In this document: one piece after another, positions 10,590 to 21,600 of the stretch
Numbering within the stretch: position 1 is the first letter of the stretch
How the letters are laid out: each line of letters starts with the position of its first letter
Assembly (NCBI RefSeq): GCF_021028975.2
Contig: NC_059433.1
Location: 93,806,001-93,870,000, forward strand
DNA length: 64,000 nucleotides
Direction of reading: 5' to 3'
Source: Sphaerodactylus townsendi
Taxonomy: Eukaryota
Made by a program: the position numbers and the translations under genes
Notes under the pieces: model-generated
Told to the model about the DNA's origin: nothing
The model's input: only the letters and a program-made list of their open reading frames with translations
Database searches by the model: none

Positions 10590-12190
10590 AAATGTATACA
10601 TGCAAGTTGATTTTGAAAGGTTTGCACGTCCTTGTCACCAAGATTTATTTTATCCTTTCTGCAGTAAACCTTGACATTTCTTAACACAGGCATCTTTGTG
10701 TTGAAAATTTACCTAGAAGCTAAGAAGATGTAATCAAACAAGGAACTACATTGTAACAAAGATTCTTATCCTCATCTTCATTGCCTTAAATCTTCTGCTC
10801 CAGTGGTTAGTGGTATTCTCCTAGTTAGCAGGGATAGGACCATGCACACAGCCTCCAAGAACTTTATTTTTTATCACAATTTGCAGCTACAAAGACAAAA
10901 TGTGCAGTTCTTTTATTCTATCATCATACTTGAAAGCCAGCCACTCTTCAAAGCTGGAAGAAAGAACAGTGTTCTTAGACACAAGTGTATGACCTGCACA
11001 GTGAGATTGTTAGTCATAGCCATGCTAAAGAGTCTGCCAGTGCAGTCTGTTAGGGCATGCAGCAGAGGCTTTTCTGTGGTGGCCCTGGTTGTATGAAATT
11101 CCTTGCTGAAGGAAAGCTTATTAAGCATAAACTTGCTGACCGTATGCACCTTATGAAGATGAGCTTTTGGGAAAACAGGGATTTTAAACTTGTGTGTTTT
11201 ATAGCTACAATACTGACATTTTACACTGGAATAGCATTTTGATTTTTTTTGCTGTTTTATCAGCATTTCAATAATGTTTTTGAAATCTGTTTTAAGCTCA
11301 TGAATAATGTAAATACAGAATGACCACCCAAATTCATCTTCACTAGCAGGGGGACATGAAGTTTGTTGGTAACCTGCAGGAACTTGACTGTGAAACTCTG
11401 TTTTGCTGTCACAGCTAATCACTATTGATAGATCTGGTCTTGATTAATTTAATGCAAAAAAGTGGGGGTTAGCAGAAAAGGTGCAGAAAAGAACTGGAAA
11501 CAGTTGATGAATTTAATGGCTTTTAAAAAACGATTTTCCATAGCCAGTGGCCACAAAAGGGTAGGTAGCAGAATGATTACCATCTATCAACATGTAAGCA
11601 GTTGAGCGCTAAATTGAAAAGATGGCAAAAGCATGCCCAGTTAAATGTACAGCAATCCATTTTGAGTCCTGCTGCAGAACTAAGAGTGTTGCAGCTTTGC
11701 CTTTTTTGTTGGGTGAACAATTTTCAGAAGTGTTGTCAAGCACGAAAATATAAGAAAGCAGTCCTAAGAAAAGCCAAGCTTCTGAGTTGACCATCAGACA
11801 GCCACTTGCTTTAATAACCTATGACACATTTGCGTTTCTGCTTCTTAGCTTGCTTGCATGTAGAAGCAAGGGTTAACAATTAAATGGGTCATCTTATATT
11901 CTAAATTTATATTCTAAGTTTAAATGCTTGACAGTACCCAAAACACTTGAAAGTATCAGAATTCCACAGGAGACAGAGATACACAATAATAGTTGCTGAA
12001 ATGTCATCTGTTGCAAAGATTTTATGAAACTGCTGCAGCAGTTTATCTCTTGCTATGTTGCAGTACAGTGAGAATTCTTCCTCGAGCCACCTGGTGGGAC
12101 TGACTTCTCCTTGTGTACTGATATGCAAAAAAATTCTTAAGACTGTTCTCTGTCTTTTTTGGTCTTGTATCTGATGTAGAAGCACCTCTT
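10590..12190 (+). pseudogene. SLC10A5: Decayed SLC10A5-like (Na+/bile acid cotransporter family) relic; boundaries approximate
   Basis: Colinear motifs in different frames: MTCTVRLL..PVQS..SR (10989), GKLIKHKLADR (11111), LTFYTGIAF* (11213), SSLSLAMLQ (12037); stops and frameshifts; syntenic position and strand. Confidence 0.55.
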
Positions 12191-12435
12191 AAAACTATCA
12201 ATTTAATTAAAAGGCAACGCATTCCTGTTCCATATCAAAACCAATAGTCCAAAGTTATGCCCCTGTGGAATATTCAGAGTTGAATTTCCATAGAATGTTT
12301 GGTATAACCACATGACTGCCAGAACTCCTGAGGCCTTTTGATATCAGAGGCAACCAACCATTTTCAGTTTGAACCTAATGCAATTGTCATAGTTTTCATT
12401 GTGACCATGCATGGAAAAGGTTGATGGCACTCCAA

Positions 12436-12576
12436 GGCCCCTTCCGCACATGCAAAATAATGCGTTTTCAAACCACTTTCACAACTGTTTGCAAGTGGAT
12501 TTTGCTATTCCACACAGCTTCAAAGAGCACTGAAAGCAGTTTGAAAGTGCATTATTTTTCATGTGCGGAATGAGCC
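12436..12576. mobile_element. 141-bp PIF/Harbinger-type MITE, copy 1
   Basis: TIR GGCCCCTTCCGCACATG.../...CATGTGCGGAATGAGCC; TSD CAA. Confidence 0.85.
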
Positions 12577-12972
12577 CAAGTTTGCATGTCATATTTTTTA
12601 AACACAGAAACTTAGATCAACTTAATAAAGATTTAGCATTGAAACATTTTAAAATGAGTCCAAGGCACGTGACAAACCTGTAACTCATCTCCATGAGGAC
12701 TGGAAGAACTTGGTCCTGCTCAGGAAAGAAATGTCAGTAAGCATCTGTTTCTTTTAGGGAGATGTTAAAATGACTTGCATATATGTGTTACTGCAGAGCT
12801 ACCTTGAACCAACCTTGCTGTGGGATGGATGTGTTTGCTTAGCAAAAATCCAAGACTGTTTATTGACATTTCAGCAGAGGAAAGTTAACTTTTCAAAATA
12901 TTTTTAGTTACTCCATCTTTTGACTCAGGGCTGCTCACAAGCATTTAAACAGATGTAAACATGTGTCTACAT

Positions 12973-13120
12973 CAGGGGTAGGGAACCTGCGGCTCTCCAG
13001 ATGTTCAGGAACTACAATTCCCATCAGCCCCTGCCAGCATGGCCAATTGGCCATGCTGATAGGGGCTGATGGGAATTGTAGTTCCTGAACATCTGGAGAG
13101 CCGCAGGTTCCCTACCCCTG
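12973..13120. mobile_element. 148-bp palindromic hAT MITE, copy 1
   Basis: CAGGGGTAGGGAACC...GGTTCCCTACCCCTG; perfect 8-bp TSD gtctacat. Confidence 0.92.
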
Positions 13121-13147
13121 GTCTACATGTTTCCGCACTCTTACATT

Positions 13148-13302
13148 CCTGCTGGGTGACCTTGGGCTAGTCACAATTCTTTGGAACTCTCTCAGCCCCA
13201 CCTACCTCACAAGGTGTCTGTTGTGAGGAGAGGAAGGGAAAGGAGCTTGTAAGCCACCTTGAGTCTCCTTACAGGAGAGATAGGTGGGGTTTAAATCCAA
13301 AC
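13148..13302 (+). mobile_element. Squam3-like SINE, 3' part
   Basis: ctgggtgaccttgggctagtcac...ctcagccccacctacctcacaagg...aaatccaaact; same family as 30432-30722 and 63401-63769. Confidence 0.7.
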
Positions 13303-13439
13303 TTTGCAACAGGCAACAAGGTGCCTGTTGTTGGGCAGGGAGGGAATGCGATTGGTAGCTGCTCTGAGACTCTTTACAGTTGAGAAAAGCAGGGTACAAA
13401 TCCAAACGCTGCTTCTTCTGCAGTCAAAGCTCTGCTCAC

Positions 13440-13659
13440 AACCCAAATTCAATCCCAACAAAGATCAGTTTCAGATAAGCTGATCAAAGTTGACTGAGTC
13501 TTCCATCTTTCTAATGTTGGTAAAACGAGTACCCAGCTTGCTGGGGTAAAGCGTAGATGGTTGGGGGAAACCAAGTCTGCCTGGTAAACATTGTGATGTG
13601 ATCACCCCATGGGTCAGTAATGACTCAGTGCTTGCAAAGAGGACTATCTTTGCCTTTAA
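13440..13659 (+). mobile_element. Sauria SINE (degenerate)
   Basis: gttgactgagtcttccatc...gtaaaacgagtacccagcttgctgggg core and a Bov-B-like ggactatctttgccttt tail. Confidence 0.7.
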
Positions 13660-13721
13660 GCACTAGAATGTCTTGTAAATCTGAACTGTAATCCATCATA
13701 CTTAGCTATCCACAGATGTGG

Positions 13722-14594
13722 TGTTACCGCTGCTGCTTGGGTAACAATAAGTGATTTCAGCTCAGCAACGTAATGAGGCACAGGAAGCCGGTGTTCTTCA
13801 AAGTAAAGGATTTTATTTGGAGGTAATGGTCACAGCTTGGGCAGGAGAATCACGCCCTTGCAACCAAGTGCAAGAACTTTTATTCACAGACTTCAAAAGG
13901 GGCAAAGGGGCTGGTAGAAAGGGGAGGGGGGCAGGTCCCTTACCGAAGACCAATAAAGAAACATCAATACAAAAGAAAGATACAGCTACAACTTTTGTGA
14001 ATGGGATCACGAAATCACGCTGTCAAGCGTCTTCCCGCAAAATCTCACAATGGTGCTGAAGGGAGAGCAGATAAGATCTATTCAGAGAATCTAGGTGGGC
14101 TCGCTACCGCACCCAGTTATCTACTTTATCAGATGGCTGTTTCCTTCAGTTATGTCCTGAGGCCCCACGCCTCATCTCTGCAACTAAGGAAAGTTCAAGT
14201 TGTCCAATGGTGGTCCCTGCACGTCTTCCAATGGCTGGGACCTCTGGGTGCTGCATTCAGATTTAAGTTGCAAATCCAAAGGGGGTCTTTTGTCTTCACC
14301 AAGGAGTTGGCTGGGTGTTGGTCTAAGCTGCATTCCAGAGCCAACTTCCTTGTCCCTCAATATCAGCCTCTACAGGCTACTGCTTTTACTGACAAATGCA
14401 AATATCAAAATAACATTTCTAAACTTAAATATTAGGGGAAATAATACAGTACAAGCACATAAGAATCTCCTAAATTGAAAATAACAAAACCTTAAGCTAA
14501 CTGGAGAACCTAGTCAACCTAAAATCCTAAACAGCCGACTAATCATACATTCGACTCAAAAGGGGCTGAAGAGCAAGAGGGAAACCATATAACA
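13722..14594 (-). mobile_element. Possible solo LTR
   Basis: TGTTA...TAACA termini; minus-strand AATAAA signals (tttatt near 13812 and 13879); no clean TSD. Confidence 0.35.
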
Positions 14595-15039
14595 TGGGCA
14601 TAATCATATGTTTATGTTCTTTGCAAGCATTATGGAGGCTTCTGAACCACACAGGTCTCTGTGTCCTGACATGGAGCCAGTGTAGTCGTGAACTTGACTC
14701 AGGAATTTGGTTATTTTCCTGGGCGGTAACAGTGGCTTGCCCTCACCCACAAAGCATGCACTCTCTTTTCTGGATCTTTTCTTTAAACTAGTTTCCCTTT
14801 ATAACACCTCTCCTCGCCTTTGGTGATTAGAAAGCAATCAGCCAACAGACTCCCGTGCATTTGATGAAGTCAACCGTGGTTTACAAAATCTCATGCCAAG
14901 GTGAATGTTGTTAGCCTTTGAAGCAGTTCTGGACTCCTTGTGAAGAAGAAACTGCCCCTTTTATCATTCAACGTTTACGAATTACTTTCAGCCAGGAAAT
15001 ACGGACCTACCAGCTCCATCCTCATGTCCTTTTTGTTCC

Positions 15040-15570
15040 ATCCCTGTCACCTCTGCGCCTTACCAACCACAACGACACCAGAGGGCGCGCGAGATCCAAA
15101 AGAACGCGAGCGATCGCTTAGTTCCCTTCAAGAATACAGTCACAAGAATGACAATAGACTAGATGGCGCCTGCGCAGTGGAGCCGTTGAGGCTGTCATGT
15201 GCCAGACTTTGAACCTAGCTTTGATAGTACGGTGGCCCGGAGGTCAGAGTCTACTGATGATGCTGTGAGGGCTGAGCGTTTCTCTTTAGCTCGCAGGTGG
15301 TGGTCCTCTTTTCCTCGCTTCGCCGGTAAGTTTCCGCTTTGGGAGACCCGCCGTCGAAGTAGAGGGGCTAAGAGTGTTGTTGCCACGGAGGAATTGGTGG
15401 GTTTGCAAAAGGAGGAGGTTGGGATAACCTTCGCTGGGTGATGGAACAAACCGGAGAGGCACAGAGGGCAGGCGAACCGAAAGGGCCGCGCCCCTCCATC
15501 CCTGATGCAGGCTGGAGGGAGAGGGGCTGCTTCCGGCTCCTCCTGGCCGGCCGTGATCCTCCAAGCCTGG
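15040..15570 (+). promoter_or_regulatory. IMPA1: IMPA1 CpG-island promoter and probable non-coding exon 1 (donor CG|GTAAG at 15326)
   Basis: Only CpG island upstream of the IMPA1 ATG; YY1-like AGATGGCG at 15161, NRF1-like GCGCCTGCGCA at 15166; the first coding exon has an acceptor 6 nt before the ATG, so an upstream exon is required. Confidence 0.7.
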
Positions 15571-16283
15571 GCTGGTGCCGCTCTCAGCATGCATGTATTG
15601 CATACCTTTGCATTTTGTCCCGTGCTTGTAGGAGAATTCTTATTATTGGTTATTATGTTTTGGACTGCAAGTAACAATCGCCCGCTTGATTCTTGTGGGT
15701 TGGAAGCGGTCCTCTGAAACGTCTCCTTTCTTCCAGACATTTTTGCCTGGAGAAGGGCCAATCCCTCCCTGGCAGCCTGTGCCCGCAAAGGGTTGGCACT
15801 TGGAAGGTTGTTATGTGTGGACAGGGAGCGGCAAGCCGCATCTGATCATCTCTTTCCTTGAAAAGCCAAGTTGCCTGCAGACCTCTGCAACATAATCTTC
15901 CTATTGTAATTAGGGAAGTTTGTTCAGCAGCTGCCCAGCAACATCATGCAACATATTGCGAAGGGTGCAGTGCACACTTACAAAACGATTTGCAGTTTGT
16001 GTCCACTTTTATTTCCCCGTTGAAATTTGAAGAAGCTAAAAAATGGCAAACAAATCTTATCCGGCGCAGAAACAACGTTCTTTTTAAAGGTGCAATCCTC
16101 CTGATACTTGGGTTGCCAGCTAGGTGGGGGAAAACATCATGGCCTGCTTCTGTACTTATCAGCAGTTTGGTATTCAGTGGGTGAAGCTTTTCATGGCATG
16201 GAGCTACAAGTTATCATCTGATGTTATTGAAGGATTTCAGAGACAGGATGTAAAGTTCTCTAAATCTCAATGACTGTTTAAAG

Positions 16284-16431
16284 CAGGGGTAGGGAACCTG
16301 CGGCTCTCCAGATTTTCAGGAACTACAATTCCCATCAGCTCCTACCAGCATGGCCAATTGGCCATGCTGACAGAGGCTGATGGGAATTGTAGTTCCTGAA
16401 CATCTGGAGAGCCGCAGGTTCCCTACCCCTG
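16284..16431. mobile_element. 148-bp palindromic hAT MITE, copy 2
   Basis: Perfect TSD gtttaaag. Confidence 0.92.
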
Positions 16432-16566
16432 GTTTAAAGGTTTGCTGCTGTCAGTGATTGTTATCTATATGCAAAATGCACTTGCAAAATAAGGTGAAGA
16501 TAGTATGGATGTTGATGGCATTACAGCAGTGAAGACTTAAATACAGAAGGCAGGGTCTTGTACAAG

Positions 16567-17495
16567 TTCCTTTTAAATCTTAGCTCAGTTGAAAGTTCTT
16601 GAGACATCCATCCTGGTTTCCTTAGAAACCTCCCATTTTTCCTCCTCATTGGAACTGTTTTAAATTGTGCCTTCAACATTTCACTTTTAAGAAACTCTAT
16701 CCATCATGCACTTCCTTCTCTTTTAGTATTCTTAACCTCAGGATCACAGCCATTAGTTCTGTAAGTTTGCTGAAATCAGCTTTTTTAAAGTCTAGAATGC
16801 ATGTCTGACTATGCTTGGCATCCCCTTTCCACTGTATAACAAACTCTAAGAGAACATGTTTACTCCCACCAAAGGATGCTACCACTTCCACCCCATTAAC
16901 CAGGTCATCATTGTTGGTTAGGAGCAGATCTAAAATAGTCAGTCACCTTGTTGCCTCTTCCACCTTCTGGACCATGAAATTGTCTGAAAGGCAAGTGTAG
17001 AATTTTTGGACCTTATAGTCTTGGCAGAGTTTGACTCCCAGCAAATACCAGAATAATTGAAATCTCCTTTCCTTTCTGAAAGTTTGTTCCAGGAAGGCAT
17101 TATCCAACTTTTCACTCTGGCCCCTCCCGCACATGCAAAATAATGTGTTTTCAAACCACTTTCACAACTGTTTGCAAGTGGATTTTGCTATTCCGCACAG
17201 CTTCAAAGAGCACTGAAAGCAGTTTGAAAGTGCATTATTCTGCATGTGCGGAATGAGCCTCTGACTTGGGTATCTGTAATTGACCTGGACTATGAGACCA
17301 CTGTTATTTCTCTTTCCTTAATTTTTACCCAGATGCTCTCAATCTGGCTGCCAGGATTTAAGTCATGGACCTGCTCACAGGTGTAATCATCCCTGACGTA
17401 TAATGGTACTCTCCTCCTTTCCTAGTTGATCTATTTCTCAGAAATAAATTATACCCCTCAATTATTATGTTCCAATCACGAGACTCAACCCATCA
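16567..17495 (-). mobile_element. CR1 LINE ORF2 (endonuclease region) fragment, interrupted by a MITE
   Basis: Minus-strand SDNFMVQKVEEATR, GGSKHVLLEFVI, LDFKKADFSKLTELM. Confidence 0.85.
17119..17259. mobile_element. 141-bp PIF/Harbinger-type MITE, copy 2, nested in CR1
   Basis: TSD TCT. Confidence 0.85.
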
Positions 17496-17499
17496 GGTG

Positions 17500-17586
17500 A
17501 AATGGATAAATGTTAGGGTTGGGGGTCACCACAACATGAGGAACTGTATTAAAGGGTTGTGGCATTAGGAAGGTTGAGAACCACTG
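17500..17586 (+). mobile_element. SPIN-type hAT MITE, right-end fragment
   Basis: gggggtcaccacaacatgaggaactgtattaaagggttgtggcattaggaaggttgagaaccactg; near identical to 37990-38076. Confidence 0.8.
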
Positions 17587-18627
17587 ATATAATGTTTGAG
17601 GTGGTCTGGGGAGGCAGAGATGGCTGAGGTTAGTTCTGCCTAAGCACTTCCTTGTAAGTAAACGTGTTCAGGAGTGTAATGCAAACCTTATACAGCTAAT
17701 TTATTATGTTCTGTGACTATTGGGACAGTTTGACCAATTCAGTTTGTACTTTCATAGAAACATTTCCCTGGTTAAAGAGATTTAATGGTGCGGTTGCATG
17801 CTACTTCCACTGGCCTCATATGCCAGCCACGTAGTAGTTTTCCCATTTGCGCACTTGAAGAATATTTGCAGCCTGGCTGTGCGAATGCACCAAGGGCTAC
17901 TAGACTGAGATGATTGATTTGATGGATTTGAAAATATCATTATACAAGGCTCTCTTGAATTAGACCTCTTAGACTGTGTTCAGCTGTTAACTGTTAAGTT
18001 TGAAGTTGTTCTGTTACATCTGATTACTGCAGGCCAGGCTTGTCTTTGCGAGGCATTGGAATCCAAAAAGTGCCTGACCCTTTTGGAGTGGGTCAATAAA
18101 GTAAATGATATTTTCTTATTGGTTAAAGTAACTTTGCTACCGAGAAGATAGTGTGTGCAACAGCTGGGAGAGACTCAGCAGGCAATTGATCATATTGATA
18201 ATTGATCATATCAAAATTTATGTGTAATTTTTATTTTCTACTATTTTAAGGATACAGTTTTGACTATGAATAAGTGTTAAAATGTGCAAAAAATAATATT
18301 TGCAGCTCGGCTCTCTGGCTGGCTGTCCCCTCCCCCCCCCCCACCACCCCCCAGCTCAGTGTTACTCATCCCCACATAAGTATGCATAAGGGTGCTGTAT
18401 TGAAACAGTTCTGAAACAAAAACTCAACTTAGGAAAAGTAGTTAAAGCACTAGTAAGACAAAGTAGTATTTTGTCTGGAATTAATCTGATTTATACATTG
18501 CATATGTCCACAGGAAGAAACTAAACTACCAAATTTGTCAACATTATATTACATAATCATTGTTTTGTAGTGTATATGATATTTTACTTCTGTGCATTGT
18601 AAAATATGTACTTTTCTCTAGGAAACA

Positions 18628-18690
18628 ATGGCTGATCCTTGGCAAGAATGCATGGATTACGCAGTTACTTTAGCAAGAAAAGCTGGAGAG
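18628..18690 (+). CDS. IMPA1: IMPA1 coding exon 1
   Basis: [21 protein letters not shown]; donor gtaag. Confidence 0.95.
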
Positions 18691-21600
18691 GTAAGAATTA
18701 TGTACCTTTCGAAAGGAAAGGTTTGAGTAAAGCCGTCATTTCAATATCTATATAGTCTTCCTGGAAAGTGCATTATGTTTTTGTCTGCATTGTTAAAGGC
18801 CACATTACCTGCTCCTTTCTGAAAAGTCACTTAGAATTTATTTGCAGATAATCTGTGAGGCACTGAAGAAGGAAATAGCTGTCATGGTTAAAAGCTCTCC
18901 TGCAGATCTGGTGACGGTCACTGATCAGAGAGTGGAAAACATGATTATTTCTTCTATAAAAGAAAAATATCCTTCTCACAGGTACAGAATATTCTGGAAC
19001 ATCAAGTTTTATTATCAGTGAGATGCATCTGAGAAGCATGAATTATTGTGAAAGATGTGCAGAATAACACATTGAAAGCAACATCTTTAAAATTGCACTC
19101 ACAAAGTGTTCTAGTGTGCTGCTTACAAACCATTTTCCTACAAATACATTCTAGAAATAATCTCCTGGGGTGATATAGCAAACAATCTCTTCTACTCCTC
19201 TGGGCTGCTTTTGTTACCTTTGCTGATGTTCTTCACGACACAAAAAGTTTATATTTTGATTTTGTAGCTTTCCCCTATTGGTTTTTTTAATTTCCTTTGG
19301 TATAATTATATGGAAAAGTTTGCATAATTGCCATTCATTTTACACTTCATATCAGTCAGAAGAAGCACAAAGTGTCAAACAGAAAGGGTGGGTGCAATAG
19401 CTAGAAGACACTGAGACTTTTATAGCAGCCAGTACACAGATTTCCCAATTTTCAAAAAGAAAGGCTGGCCTTGATTGTTTGCAGATGCAAATAGTTTGAA
19501 CCATATAAATGTAAGTAATGGTTTAATTACTGAACAATATATTCTGTATNNNNNNNNNNNNNNNNNNNNNNNNNNNNNNNNNNNNNNNNNNNNNNNNNNN
19601 NNNNNNNNNNNNNNNNNNNNNNNNNNNNNNNNNNNNNNNNNNNNNNNNNNNNNNNNNNNNNNNNNNNNNNNNNNNNNNNNNNNNNNNNNNNNNNTTTCTT
19701 TTTTACAGAAACAGAGTAAAGACTAGTTCTGCAACACAGTTCTCAGGCACATGTGTGATGAGTGTTGTTTAAGATCAGAAATGGTCATGTTAAAAAAGAG
19801 CAAATCAAGGCAAGAAGTAGCCGGGTGAGACACACCTCTGAGCAGTCAGGCGTCTGAAGCTGTGAAACTGTTTTCTTCCTGCCCAAGTTCTGTGTTCTGA
19901 TCTGTTTGACTCAGGGCTCCATTGTTAGCGCTGCTGTCTGTTAGACTAGAGGCTTGCCCACATGCTTGAATTCACCTGGCAAAAAAGCCAAATTGCTGTC
20001 CCTTGGTGCCACAATTTTGTTGGATAGAGCTTGAAAAAAAGTGGACATATATGCACTATTTGGACAAAAACTCAATCCATACTGTCAAGAGGACTCTGGT
20101 ACTGGGTGGGAACGGTATGGTATAGTGGTTAAGAGCGTCAGACTCTAATCTGGAGAACTGGGTTTGATTTCCCACTCCTGCACATGCAGCTGCTGGACCT
20201 GCAGTGAATACCCTTCCCTTGTTTCTCTTCCCTAAGAATGCAAATATAGAGGTCAGCTCCCATTTTATAAAGATCAGCCAGATTCACAAGGTTTTTTTGG
20301 AAGCCTTGACTTTCCTGCCTTTGGCTAGTTATCACAGGAGGTGCACATGACATAGCCTAGTTTTAAAATCTCATTGTCTTGTGGCAGAGCCCATGTAGGA
20401 TTCCAAACAACAACCAACAGTGTACAGTAAGAAAATTTTAGCAAATTTATTCGGGCGGTATAGGCCTGTTGAATTAATCTTTACATTCTCACAGCATGAC
20501 TTTACATCTCCATGGCATATGAGAAATGTATATGTGCTGGATGAATGCTGGTTGTTGGAGTTGGATTTAAATGTTTGGAGATCTGAACAGTTCGTATGAA
20601 AGAAGCTTGTGTGTTACACATACTTCCAGACAAAGTATCTTAAACTCTGTCTTTTTTTAAAAAAATTGTTAATTCTAGTTTTATTGGCGAAGAATCCGTT
20701 GCAGCTGGTGCAGGGAGTATTTTAACTGATAATCCCACTTGGATTATTGACCCCATTGACGGAACTACTAACTTTGTTCACAGGTATGTTTCTGCAACTG
20801 CCTCTACATTTCTTGGGGCAACAATGTTTGCTTATCTTATTTTGCTAAATCAAAGCAAGAGTTTAGGGTTGTGTTGTGGAATGATCTTGTTTTCTTGACT
20901 TGTTCTTAGTATGGAGGAGCTATTTAAAGTTTTGTCTCAGTTGCAAAAATTCCATAATTGACAATACCTGTATCTTTTTTCTTACAAATTCAAGAACATA
21001 GCATGTGCAGTATACTTATCTCTTTTTCAGGTTTCCCTTTGTAGCAGTTTCCATTGGCTTTGTAGTAAGTAAAAAGGTAACTACTTGTATTATTTTAATA
21101 TTCAATCTAAAAAAAATGCCATCCCAATTTATTGCCAGAATTTATCCCTGTGTGTTTATGAAAAACACTAAAACTTTGCATTTCCTTGCAGATGGAATTT
21201 GGAGTTGTATTTAGCTGTGTAGAAGACAAGATGTATACTGCTAGGAAAGGGAAAGGTGCATTTTGCAATGGACAGAAACTTCATGTATCACAACAACAAG
21301 GTGAGGCTTCTATTTTGTGTTTATTGTTGTTTTATAAAATGTAGAAAGAGGTTTGACAGAATAATGGATGCAAAGAGACAGGTTTGGATAAAATACATTT
21401 CAGATTTAGCTGGAATCCAGCTAATGACTTCAGTTGATGGTGGCTATCAACCAGGGAAGTGTGGGATTTCTAGAGAAGCGTGCCATTGGCAGGACTAATT
21501 TTTTCTCTTAACACTGAGTAGTTAGTAATAATTAAAACACACAACACAATTACATGTTTTTAGTCTTTGTTTTAATAATTGGTTCAGAATGAAGTTGAAA

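Noticed and set aside
15250-15280. TGATGA...CTGA as a box C/D snoRNA
   Set aside because: The boxes are too close together, with no terminal stem
15195-15788. 197-aa minus ORF and other ORFs at the IMPA1 CpG island
   Set aside because: Stop-poor GC-rich promoter sequence with no recognisable domain
19309-19325. TonE/OSRE-like TATGGAAAAGTTTGCAT in an IMPA1 intron
   Set aside because: A single hit to a degenerate AT-rich motif, not clustered, and expected by chance
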